The notes beneath the pieces are model-generated. The model made no database searches. It was not told the origin of the DNA and saw nothing but the letters and a program-made list of their open reading frames with translations. The translations under genes were made by a program, and so were the position numbers. A DNA stretch of 61,388 nt, counting the filler. It is 8 parts of 8 records of this genome, joined end to end, with 100 filler letters (N's around TTAATTAATTAA, not from the genome) between each part and the next. Parts side by side here need not be neighbours in the genome. Positions count along the whole stretch, not along the records: positions 7,728 to 13,344 come from SRR31156797_58903; positions 13,445 to 20,006 come from SRR31156797_58932; 6 more parts are not named here. The stretch is one strand, 5' to 3'. Position 1 is the first letter of the stretch, and each line of letters starts with the position of its first letter. This document shows positions 11,007 through 20,106 of this stretch, one piece after another.

Positions 11007-12010
11007 AAAACGGCAGCAGCACAAAACCCCTTTTGGAGGTAAAAGACCTGCGGGCATTACTGCCCACGCATCGTGGTATGGTCAAAGCCGTTGACAACGT
11101 TTCGCTGCGCCTTCCTCCAGGCAGGACCCTTGGTATTGTTGGTGAATCGGGATGCGGGAAAAGTATGCTGGCAAGAGCAATCATGGGTCTCTTGCCCGCT
11201 GCTTCAATCGTTCCTTCAGTATCCATCGTACGCTTCAAGGGTCAAAACCTGGTCAGCATGAAAAAAGCGCAGCTTCGCCAAATTATCGGGCGCGAAATTG
11301 CCATGGTCTTCCAAGATCCCATGACGTCGCTGAATCCGGTGATGAAAATCGGCAAACAGATCTCCGAGGTGATTTGCTACCATTTAAAGGTGAGTCGAAG
11401 AACTGCCCACAGACGGGCTATCGCGCTTTTGGATCTTGTGGGGCTCCCCATGGCGAAGCGGCGTGCCAACCAGTATCCTCACCAGCTCTCCGGAGGTCTG
11501 CGCCAGCGGGTTGCCATCGCGATTGCATTGGCCTGTGAACCCCAATTGTTGATTGCCGATGAACCGACAACCGCCTTGGATGTAACCGTTCAGGCGGCCA
11601 TCCTTGACCTGCTGGCATCCCTCCAAGAGGAAAAGCAGATGGCGATGATTCTGATCACCCACGATTTGGGTGTTGTGGCTGGACGAACCGATGAAACGGC
11701 GGTGATGTATGCGGGAAAAATTGTTGAACAGGCAGAGACGAAAGAACTCTTCCATCATCAGCGCATGCCTTACACGCATGCGCTGATGATGGCAATTCCG
11801 CGCCTGGCCAACCGCCCCCATACCAGACTTCAAACCATCAACGGCCAACCGCCGGATATGACTGAGTTAGCTCCAGGGTGTCGATTTGCATCGCGATGCT
11901 GGAAAGCACAACCTTTGTGCATGGAAAACGAGCCGGTATTGAAACGAATAAACGATCGCGGCCATATGCTGGCGTGTTGGTATCCATTAAACAGCAGGGA
12001 AAGCTCTTGA
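11003..12010 (+). CDS. ABC transporter ATP-binding protein (DppD/OppD-like)
   Basis: [23 protein letters not shown] and a Cys-rich oligo_HPY C-terminus. Confidence 0.95.
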   Translation: MKNGSSTKPLLEVKDLRALLPTHRGMVKAVDNVSLRLPPGRTLGIVGESGCGKSMLARAIMGLLPAASIVPSVSIVRFKGQNLVSMKKAQLRQIIGREIAMVFQDPMTSLNPVMKIGKQISEVICYHLKVSRRTAHRRAIALLDLVGLPMAKRRANQYPHQLSGGLRQRVAIAIALACEPQLLIADEPTTALDVTVQAAILDLLASLQEEKQMAMILITHDLGVVAGRTDETAVMYAGKIVEQAETKELFHHQRMPYTHALMMAIPRLANRPHTRLQTINGQPPDMTELAPGCRFASRCWKAQPLCMENEPVLKRINDRGHMLACWYPLNSRESS

Positions 12011-12966
12011 AAAACGCAAAACTTCTCACTGTGACCGATCTCACCGTCGAGTTTCGCATCGGCAGGCGCAGAAAGATGAAAGCTGTCTCCGGTGTCAGTC
12101 TTGATATTGGCGTCGGTGAAACCCTCGGGTTGGTGGGTGAGTCAGGTTGCGGGAAATCGACGATAGCTCGGTCGATTGTCGGTCTTCAAAAACCGACAAC
12201 GGGTACAATTATCTTTTCAGGGCAGGATCTTTCACTGTGCACGATCCGACAGATGAAAAAAATTCGTCCACAGATTCAGATGATATTCCAGGATGCCGTT
12301 GCATCGTTGAATCCGGGTAGAAAGATCGGCAAAACCATTGAAGAACCTTTACGCGTTCTCGGTTTGGCAGATCGGTGGGAAAGAGAGCGCCGTGCACATG
12401 AATTGATGCAAGCTGTTGGCCTTGATCCAGAGCAGATGGTTTTACGCTATCCATATGAGTTTTCTGGCGGTCAATGCCAACGAGCCAGTATTGCAAGAGC
12501 ACTAATTTTAAACCCACGATTGTTGATTTGTGACGAACCGGTATCCGCTTTGGATGTATCCGTACAGGCGCAAATCCTTAACCTTTTGGAATCAATGAAA
12601 CAGCAATTTGAACTGACATTGCTGTTTATCTCCCACGATCTGGCTGTTGTGAAGAACATCAGTGATCGTGTTGCCGTGATGTATCTTGGGAAAATTTTTG
12701 AAATCGCTGCTGCAGAAAATCTTTATCGAACACCAAGGCATCCCTATTCGGCATTGCTGCTGGCATCCATCCCTAATCCAGATATGGAACAAAGAAATCA
12801 AGAAAGGGATCCTGTCATTGGTGAAATGCCGTCTCCGGTTGATCCACCACCTGGTTGTCGATTTCATACTCGATGTCCAAATGCGCAGAACATCTGCAAA
12901 GAGGTTGAACCAGAGCTGGCTACAATTGATAATGAAGGGAAAGTTGCTTGTCATTTCCCGCTGTGA
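12007..12966 (+). CDS. ABC transporter ATP-binding protein (DppF/OppF-like)
   Basis: [29 protein letters not shown] and GCRFHTRCP. The likely TTG start overlaps the upstream TGA. Confidence 0.95.
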   Translation: MKNAKLLTVTDLTVEFRIGRRRKMKAVSGVSLDIGVGETLGLVGESGCGKSTIARSIVGLQKPTTGTIIFSGQDLSLCTIRQMKKIRPQIQMIFQDAVASLNPGRKIGKTIEEPLRVLGLADRWERERRAHELMQAVGLDPEQMVLRYPYEFSGGQCQRASIARALILNPRLLICDEPVSALDVSVQAQILNLLESMKQQFELTLLFISHDLAVVKNISDRVAVMYLGKIFEIAAAENLYRTPRHPYSALLLASIPNPDMEQRNQERDPVIGEMPSPVDPPPGCRFHTRCPNAQNICKEVEPELATIDNEGKVACHFPL

Positions 12967-13149
12967 AGATTTCGCTCCCATTGCCTTTCATAATGCGAAT
13001 CCCTGGTCTCTGTGTTTGGCCTTGTCGAATTCTATACTCCGCTGTTTGGAAAGACCCGCTCGCAAGGTAAAAATACAACAATAATCCAATAGGGAATGAG
13101 AATAAGCTGCAATGTCAGATTGCTCAGTCTTGCCATGGGGTTGGCAATA

Positions 13150-13313
13150 AAACAGGCGATCACCTCTGTTTCACCAGATTCGGTTTTTCCACCTGGAAAC
13201 CCCCACTTACCAGATAGATGGCCACGGCTTTTCCGTTGGGCGATGATGAGCTTGCCATTCTTTTCAAGGATGGCTGCTGTGACTTTGATGATATCTTTCT
13301 CTTTGTGACTCAT
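13150..13313 (-). pseudogene. Truncated MutT/Nudix hydrolase
   Basis: IKVTAAILEKNGKLIIAQRK..KWGFPGGKTESGET matches the first half of the Nudix box, but the catalytic RELxEE helix is missing. Confidence 0.7.
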
Positions 13314-13344
13314 TTCCTAAGGGTTCGCGAAAAAATAAATTCAC

Positions 13345-13444
13345 NNNNNNNNNNNNNNNNNNNNNNNNNNNNNNNNNNNNNNNNNNNNTTAATTAATTAA
13401 NNNNNNNNNNNNNNNNNNNNNNNNNNNNNNNNNNNNNNNNNNNN
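13345..13444. other. Artificial contig linker
   Basis: N44-TTAATTAATTAA-N44. Confidence 0.99.
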
Positions 13445-13674
13445 AAGTTCTTGAGTTGGTTTAAACAGGGAATGATTTTTCAAACACGCCTGACGGAGAG
13501 GTTATGATGAACTGAATCATATTAGTTTCCAGTTCTCCGAAAGGTTAGCGTCCAGGAAATGTGTTCTCATCAGGATCAACCGCCTGCTTCACTGATCAGT
13601 CCAAATGAAAATTTGATGAATTGGTTTTATTCACGAACTCGAAATGGAATTTAGACGAAGCGATAATCCGTTTA

Positions 13675-13971
13675 TTATTCCATGATTCGAGAGATCTGAA
13701 ACCGGACAGTACCGCCTCCGGTGATTCCGCAAGGGTCCAGGCATTGCACAAATGCATCTTGCGATTCTCCGCGTGAGAGACCCAAATCCCTGGCCGACAC
13801 GCCTTTTGACAATGCCACATAATAAGGAAGAACCGAGGCCAGGGAATGCATGCATACCCGGTCTGATTCGGCTGGATCAAGGATATAGCCGTTTTGCAGA
13901 GTTATTCGGTCGCCAACACTATACACTGGGCAGCGGCCCTTTATCTCGATTACGGTAATAATGAGCTTCAT
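13675..13971 (-). CDS. TIGR04076-like small Cys-containing protein
   Basis: KGRCPVYSVGD, CMHSL and QCLDP...GGTVRFQI pattern typical of this uncharacterised family; AAGGA RBS. Confidence 0.75.
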   Translation of the reverse strand: MKLIITVIEIKGRCPVYSVGDRITLQNGYILDPAESDRVCMHSLASVLPYYVALSKGVSARDLGLSRGESQDAFVQCLDPCGITGGGTVRFQISRIME

Positions 13972-14031
13972 TTGGCATCCTTTTCCAAGGAAAAGGGTTT
14001 AAATTTGATCATGCCCCCAGCCCCTTAAACA

Positions 14032-14069
14032 GTCATTCCCCTCAGATTCCAGATCATGCCGGAATCCAG
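14032..14069. repeat. Degenerate GTCATTCC...GGAATCCAG interspersed palindromic repeat
   Basis: GTCATTCCCC...GCCGGAATCCAG resembles a widespread short intergenic repeat class. Single copy in the window. Confidence 0.35.
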
Positions 14070-14630
14070 TTCCGGGTTGAATTAACCCAAGTTACTTTAA
14101 ATATAGACGATGCACCGGACAAAACAAAGGAAACAGGTCTGATTGAAATGAGTGATAGAAGTAAACAATTTGGAGATTTTTAAGGCTCCCCTGAGGCGGC
14201 TCTCTGCGATGACGATTAACTTAACCGCTAAACTATCCTGGAAAATCTAAACTTTCACAGATAAAGCGCGTACGTATATAATATAAACATAAGTTTTTTT
14301 TAGGTATGTGGGGAAGCGCTATCACGGTCTTATTCCGCAACCCGTATCATAGATGGTATTGGCGGGTACAAGCGGCCTTGGCTTATTAGCTCTGCAGCCG
14401 CTGTTAGGCGGTTTGGTGTTATGGCTGCATTTCACTGACAAATAAATAACGCTGGTTGCTATCATTCAGACGGGTAATCTACACGCTTGATCGACACTCT
14501 CTAAAGTTACCCGTTGCATTCCTCATGAAACCGGCTGGGCTCACAATTTTGGTTAAATTAAGTTTGTTACTACCGTATTGGACGGTGGTGTTCAAACCTG
14601 TTTTTCAATTCCATACTTTGGGGAGCGGCA

Positions 14631-17600
14631 ATGAATAAATCCATATTGATTTTCGCTTTCACCCTGGTTCTTTGCATCGGTATAGCCGCTTTTCCGTCCC
14701 TGGCTCAGCAGAGTGAACTGGAACAAGCCAATGAGCTAGGTCGGCAGGTTGTGTTGTATTACAAGCAGGGAAAGTATCAGGAGGCCATTCCTCTCGCCCG
14801 TGAAGTTGTGGCCATTTTGGAAAAAGCCCGCGGTGCGGAACACGCTGATGTCGCCGTCGCCCTGCATAACCTGGCCGAGTTGTATAGAAACATGGGAGAT
14901 TATGCCAAGGCCGAACCGCTCTACAAACGCGCCCTGGCCATCCGGGAGAAGACCCTGGGCCCGAAACACACCCATACCGCCCAAAGCCTGGGCAGTCTGG
15001 CCATGCTCTATAAGTCCATGGGGGATTATACCCAGGCTGAGCCGCTGATCAAAAGATCGCTGGCCATCAATGAGAAAGCGCTGGGCCCGGAACATCCCGG
15101 CACAGCAACGGACCTGAACGATCTGGCTTTGCTGTACTGGAAAAAGGGAGATTATGCCAGGGCCGAGCCGCTGTTCAAAAGATCGCTGGCTGTTTTCGAG
15201 AAGGCCCTGGGTCCGGAACACCCCAATACCGCCTCCGCCCTGAACAGTCTGGCTTCGCTGTTTGATTCCATGGGGGACCATGCGCGCGCAGAGCCTATGT
15301 TCAAAAGGTCGCTGGCCATCCGGGAGAAGGCCTTGGGCCCGGAACATCCCCATACTGCCACTAGTCTGAACAACCTGGCCTCGTTATATAGTTCCATGGG
15401 GGACTATACGCGTGCAGAGCCTATGTTCAAAAGGGCCCTGGCCATCCGGGAGAAGGCCCTGGGCCCGGAACATCCTTCTACCACAACCAGCCTGAGCAGC
15501 CTGGCCGTGTTGTATGAGTCCATGGGAGACTATAAAAAGGCGGAACCGCTGTTCAAACGCGTTCTGGCCATCAGGGAGAAAAACCTGGGCCCGGATCACC
15601 CCCTTACTGGTACAAGTTTAAACAACCTTGCTTCATTATATAGTTCCATGGCGGACTATGCCCATGCCGAGCCGCTTTTCAAGCGCGCCCTGGCAATCCG
15701 AGAAAAAGCCCTGGGTCCGGACCACCCCGGCACGACCAGAAACCTGAACGACTTGGCGGCGCTGTATTGGAAAATGGGGGACTATACACGTGCCGAGCCG
15801 CTGTTTAAACGCGCCTTGGCCGTCAACGAGAAAGAACTGGGTCAGGACCATCCTGCCACAGCCGCGTATTTGAATAACCTGGCAGTGCTTTATTGGAAAA
15901 TGGGAAATTATGCGCGTGCAGAACCGCTATACAAACGAGCCCTGGCCATTCGCGAGAAGTCGTTCGGCCCGGAACATCCGCGTACTGGTACAAGTCTAAA
16001 CAACCTGGCCTTGTTGTACAAGTCCATGGGGGACCATACCCGCGCCGAATCAATGTATCAAAGGGCCCTGGCGATCCGGGAAAAAGCCCTTGGTCCGGAG
16101 CACCCCGATACCGCCCATAGCCTGAGCAGCCTGGCCTCGCTGTATGATTCCAAGGGGGATTATGCCCGTGCAGAGCAGTTGTATAAAAGAACCCTGGCTA
16201 TTTTCGAGAAGTCTTTCGGCCCGGAACATCCCCGTACTGGTACTAGCCTGAACAACCTTGCCGGGGTTGTCGCCGCCAAGGGAAACTACGCTGCGGCTCA
16301 CGATATGCAAATGAATGCCCAAAAGATATCCGCCAAGCTGATAGACCAGGTCATGGGCTTTACATCCGAGGACCAGAAATTGAAATTCCTGGCAACCCAG
16401 AAACGGGATTTCGAAGACGCTCTCAGCCTGGTCGCCTTTCACATGTCCAAAGACAAAAATGCCGTTCGAGAAATGCTGGACGTCTGGTTGGCCCGAAAGG
16501 GCGTGGTCCTCGAAGCCCAGCGCCGATACCAGGAAGCGCTGGTGTATTCGGACAATCCCGAGGCCGCCCGGGTCTTTCAGGAACTGGCCGTGGTACGCGC
16601 TGCTCTCTCCAAACTGATGTTCGGAGGGCCTGGTAAGGAAGGAGCGGAAGCGTACAGGAAAAAGATAGCAACGCTGGAAGCACGGGAAAAGAAACTCGAG
16701 GCCAGACTCAGCAAGCTCAGTCAGGCCTTTGTCCGGCAAAAAAAAGTCAAACGGGCTGATACCGGTAAAGTAGCTCGGGCTTTACCAAGAGGCTCAGTGC
16801 TGGTGGATTTTACAAAAATCCAACCATTGGATTTTCAGGCCAAGGTGAAAGAAAAAAGATTGGGACCAGCCTGTTATTTGGCCTTTGTACTTCATTCCGG
16901 AAAGGGGGACCGGGTTTCTCTTGTGGATCTGGGTGAGGCCGCTCCCATTGATAAGGCTGTGGCGGAATTGAAGGCGGCCATGACGGATCTCAAGGCAAAA
17001 GAAGCCATGGCGGCGGGTGAAAAGCTATACGACATGGTATTCGTCAAACTGAATACGACGCTTGGCCCGGCCAAGGACATCTTCATATCACCGGACGGCA
17101 ATCTCAACCTTATCCCCTTCGAGGTGCTGCGCAGCCCGGACGGAAAGTACCTGATCGAGGAGTTCTCGTTCAATTATCTGGCTTCCGGCCGGGACATGAT
17201 CGGGTACGGAATGTTTCGGACCAATGCAGGGCCGCCCCTGATAATGGGCGACCCCGACTTCAACGCGGCTGCGCCTGAAACGACCCGCACTGCTGCATAT
17301 ACACGCTCAATGGATATGCGGGGTTTCCGTTTCGGCCGCCTGCCCGGCACCCGGGACGAGGTCAAGGCCGTTCGCCAAATCCTGGGGAATGGGACGCTCT
17401 ATACCGGAAAAGAAGCTGTGGAAGATATGCTGTTCAAGGCCCGTTCGCCTCGGATCCTGCATCTTGCCACCCATGGTTTTTTCCTGACGGATAAGCAGAT
17501 GGGCGCCATGCGGGCGGCTGCTGGGCCTCGCGACGCCTCCCCCAAGGAACCGGCTGTTCGTGTGGAAAATCCGCTGCTCCGAAGCGGGCTGGCCTTGGCC

Positions 17601-18158
17601 GGAGCCAATCGGGCCCTGGCGTCTAATGACGCCGACCGGAGCGTCGGCCTCTTAACGGCGGAAAAAGTGTTGAGTCTGCGGCTGCAAGGCACTGAACTGG
17701 TAGTGTTATCGGCCTGCGAAACAGGGGCGGGCCAGGTGCAGACCGGCGAAGGCGTGTATGGCTTGAGGCGAGCCTTTACCCAGGCCGGTGCGGATGGACT
17801 TATCATGAGTATGTGGCCGGTTCCGGACCGTGAGACCAAGGAACTGATGATCCACTTTTATGGCAACCTGAAAAAAGGCATGAGCCCGCGCCAGGCTTTG
17901 CGGACGGCGGCCTTGAGCGAAATGGAGATCGTGCGGGACCGGCACGGCCACACCCATCCGCTGTACTGGGGAGCTTTTGTCTATATGGGCGAGCCCGGAA
18001 AAAGCACATATAAAGGCGGGCAAGTGAAGCAGCACATGACGGAAAAATCAACAATGAATACTGGAAAAAGACAGGCCGAACCCGATCCTCCCGAATCTGT
18101 GGGAAGAGACGCCGAGCTTATCCAGAGGGCCTGTTTTATAGAGTCCTTGATGGAATAA
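14631..18158 (+). CDS. Secreted tetratricopeptide-repeat + CHAT (caspase HetF-associated) protease
   Basis: Signal peptide (..AFPSLA/QQ), 13 TPRs of about 42 aa, and CHAT motifs ISPDGNLNLIPFE, LHLATHG, VLSACETG and YWGAF. Confidence 0.93.
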   Translation: MNKSILIFAFTLVLCIGIAAFPSLAQQSELEQANELGRQVVLYYKQGKYQEAIPLAREVVAILEKARGAEHADVAVALHNLAELYRNMGDYAKAEPLYKRALAIREKTLGPKHTHTAQSLGSLAMLYKSMGDYTQAEPLIKRSLAINEKALGPEHPGTATDLNDLALLYWKKGDYARAEPLFKRSLAVFEKALGPEHPNTASALNSLASLFDSMGDHARAEPMFKRSLAIREKALGPEHPHTATSLNNLASLYSSMGDYTRAEPMFKRALAIREKALGPEHPSTTTSLSSLAVLYESMGDYKKAEPLFKRVLAIREKNLGPDHPLTGTSLNNLASLYSSMADYAHAEPLFKRALAIREKALGPDHPGTTRNLNDLAALYWKMGDYTRAEPLFKRALAVNEKELGQDHPATAAYLNNLAVLYWKMGNYARAEPLYKRALAIREKSFGPEHPRTGTSLNNLALLYKSMGDHTRAESMYQRALAIREKALGPEHPDTAHSLSSLASLYDSKGDYARAEQLYKRTLAIFEKSFGPEHPRTGTSLNNLAGVVAAKGNYAAAHDMQMNAQKISAKLIDQVMGFTSEDQKLKFLATQKRDFEDALSLVAFHMSKDKNAVREMLDVWLARKGVVLEAQRRYQEALVYSDNPEAARVFQELAVVRAALSKLMFGGPGKEGAEAYRKKIATLEAREKKLEARLSKLSQAFVRQKKVKRADTGKVARALPRGSVLVDFTKIQPLDFQAKVKEKRLGPACYLAFVLHSGKGDRVSLVDLGEAAPIDKAVAELKAAMTDLKAKEAMAAGEKLYDMVFVKLNTTLGPAKDIFISPDGNLNLIPFEVLRSPDGKYLIEEFSFNYLASGRDMIGYGMFRTNAGPPLIMGDPDFNAAAPETTRTAAYTRSMDMRGFRFGRLPGTRDEVKAVRQILGNGTLYTGKEAVEDMLFKARSPRILHLATHGFFLTDKQMGAMRAAAGPRDASPKEPAVRVENPLLRSGLALAGANRALASNDADRSVGLLTAEKVLSLRLQGTELVVLSACETGAGQVQTGEGVYGLRRAFTQAGADGLIMSMWPVPDRETKELMIHFYGNLKKGMSPRQALRTAALSEMEIVRDRHGHTHPLYWGAFVYMGEPGKSTYKGGQVKQHMTEKSTMNTGKRQAEPDPPESVGRDAELIQRACFIESLME
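14730..16330 (+). repeat. Intragenic tandem 126-nt repeats encoding kinesin-light-chain-type TPRs
   Basis: Recurrent CTGGCCATCCGGGAGAAGGCCCTGGGCCCGGAACATCC-like units; protein consensus LNNLAxLYxxMGDYxxAEPLxKRALAIREKALGPEHPxT. Boundaries approximate. Confidence 0.9.
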
Positions 18159-18494
18159 GGCGGTATATTGATTTTCTTCATATAAGCCAAGGGCAGACTT
18201 GCTCCTTATCTGACTATTTGTCATTAACAAGGGAATTGTTTTGGCTTGACCGAAAGACTAACGATGGATTACTATGACCGCAAATCGGGAAAACTTAGTG
18301 TTATCAGAGAAATCGGCGAAAAATACCCTTTTGGTGGATGGATAAAAGCCCAGGTTCGGATCCAGACCTGTTCAACGAGAGATAAGCAGCGCCGTAAGGC
18401 CTTTAAGCAGCAATTCGTCGCCCTTGCAGAATAATTCGAATTAAGTTCCTTATGGGAGCCTGGGAACTGGAAATCTGCCGTAAGAAGGAATTCC

Positions 18495-19628
18495 ATGAAA
18501 CCCCGTTTCACTGTTATTGCTGTCTTTTTATCTGTTATGATTCCGGCAATCTGCCTGGGGAACGGTATGTTCTATTCTTCGAATATCAGGCTTGAACTTC
18601 CATACCAACGCGCTGTTGTTGTATTTAATGGGAGTGAGGAAATCCTTCTTCTGCAGTCGGCGTTTTCCGGAGTTGTAGAGGAATTCGGTTGGGTAGTTCC
18701 AATTCCAAAGGTCCCGCGATTGGCCAGCTTGGAAGAGTTCGCCGCCGATGATTTGTTCAGAAGTCTGTATAGGCTGACAAGGCCCGGAAGAAATAATTTG
18801 TATGAGTGGACAGGCGCTGCTTTTCTGGGAGCAGTGGTGATTTTCGGCGTGATCTTGTCCTTAAGAGGACAAGGCGCGGCTCCGGGATGCGCTGCTGTGG
18901 GACTAGTGGTTCTAATGGCCGTTGCCATACCTCAGTTCGGAGGACGCCATGATGGAGTGCAAGTGATTAGTGAAGAACAGGTGGGTGTTTTCGCCGTTAA
19001 GGTGATCAAGGGGGAAGACAGCCGGGCGATCATGGCGTGGTTGAAGGAACATAACTTCCATTTCAGTGAAAAGGACGAGAGCGTTTTTCAACAATATGTT
19101 GATCGCGACTGGTGCTTTGTTACCGCGCGCATCACAAAAGAGAGCGCCGTTTCAAGCAGCGGCATGGTCAATCCTCTGATATTCCGGTTTCCCACCAAGG
19201 AGCCGCAGTTTCCCCTGGCTCTTACCGGAACGGTTTCAACGACGTCCGATGTAGTCCTGTATATTTTTTCCGAGTACAAACTTAAGACCGACAGTCATTT
19301 GGAAATAATATATGCCGGAGAAGAAAAAGAAGAATATTCGAAAATCATCGACCTGATCGGAAATGCTTATGAGCCGGGAAACGACATAAGGCGTGCTTTC
19401 GCTGAATGCGGCTACCTGAACAAATTCGAAGCCGGGCTTACTCCTGACCGAATGAAGAATGATCCAGTGTTTACCAGGGCCGATGATGCGTATCCATACA
19501 GAAAAGTCATAATGGCAGGCGCTCAACAGGGGCTTTTGTTCGCCGCCCTGAGCCTGATTCTGCTGTTATTATATCTGGCCCAATACCTGTCATTAAGGTC
19601 AAGAAAAAGAAGAAAGAAAAATCAGTAA
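18495..19628 (+). CDS. DUF2330-like membrane-anchored protein
   Basis: Signal peptide, QRAVVVF..E.LLLQ, FGWVVPIP, WLKEHNF and FPLALT segments; internal TM pair; C-terminal TM followed by a basic RSRKRRKK tail. Confidence 0.7.
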   Translation: MKPRFTVIAVFLSVMIPAICLGNGMFYSSNIRLELPYQRAVVVFNGSEEILLLQSAFSGVVEEFGWVVPIPKVPRLASLEEFAADDLFRSLYRLTRPGRNNLYEWTGAAFLGAVVIFGVILSLRGQGAAPGCAAVGLVVLMAVAIPQFGGRHDGVQVISEEQVGVFAVKVIKGEDSRAIMAWLKEHNFHFSEKDESVFQQYVDRDWCFVTARITKESAVSSSGMVNPLIFRFPTKEPQFPLALTGTVSTTSDVVLYIFSEYKLKTDSHLEIIYAGEEKEEYSKIIDLIGNAYEPGNDIRRAFAECGYLNKFEAGLTPDRMKNDPVFTRADDAYPYRKVIMAGAQQGLLFAALSLILLLLYLAQYLSLRSRKRRKKNQ

Positions 19629-19880
19629 TCACCGGCGGTATGATGACGGAACGCATCAGCATAAAGCTTCGGCCGGATCATGAAAAACGATGGATTACAT
19701 TGCTGCACAATGTAATAATTTTCAATATTCATAAAAATTGGGAATAAGCAGCATTTAATCAATTGTATATTCCTCCGGACGTCATTCGGTTCTTCCTTTA
19801 CCTTGAGTCATATCTCTTTTGGGGGATGGCTTATAGTGTCGTGTCCCAGAAGTATGGTGTAAATTGAGACAGATAGCTTT

Positions 19881-19912
19881 GTAGGTTGGGTTACGTTTCG
19901 CTAACCCAATCT
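19881..19912 (+). repeat. GTAG-family REP-like palindrome
   Basis: GTAG-GTTGGGTTA-cgtttcgc-TAACCCAAT: a GTAG tetranucleotide followed by an imperfect hairpin. Confidence 0.55.
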
Positions 19913-20006
19913 TGTATCTGATGATCTTTTGGTCTTTAGTCATTTTCTTGGCTCCTTTCTTTGCCTTATCGGCATGTTCGGAACCAGGATTAATGACTAT
20001 CTGTCA

Positions 20007-20106
20007 NNNNNNNNNNNNNNNNNNNNNNNNNNNNNNNNNNNNNNNNNNNNTTAATTAATTAANNNNNNNNNNNNNNNNNNNNNNNNNNNNNNNNNNNNNN
20101 NNNNNN
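20007..20106. other. Artificial contig linker
   Basis: N44-TTAATTAATTAA-N44. Confidence 0.99.

Noticed and set aside
14631..18158. TPR-CHAT as part of a type III-E CRISPR (Craspase) system; 126-nt repeats as an array
   Set aside because: There are no cas genes or repeat-spacer structure. The repeats are in-frame coding TPRs and the protein has a signal peptide.
18246..18511. Short ORFs between the CHAT and DUF2330 genes as protease substrate or partner
   Set aside because: No recognisable motif or convincing RBS, and they overlap on opposite strands; cannot be supported.
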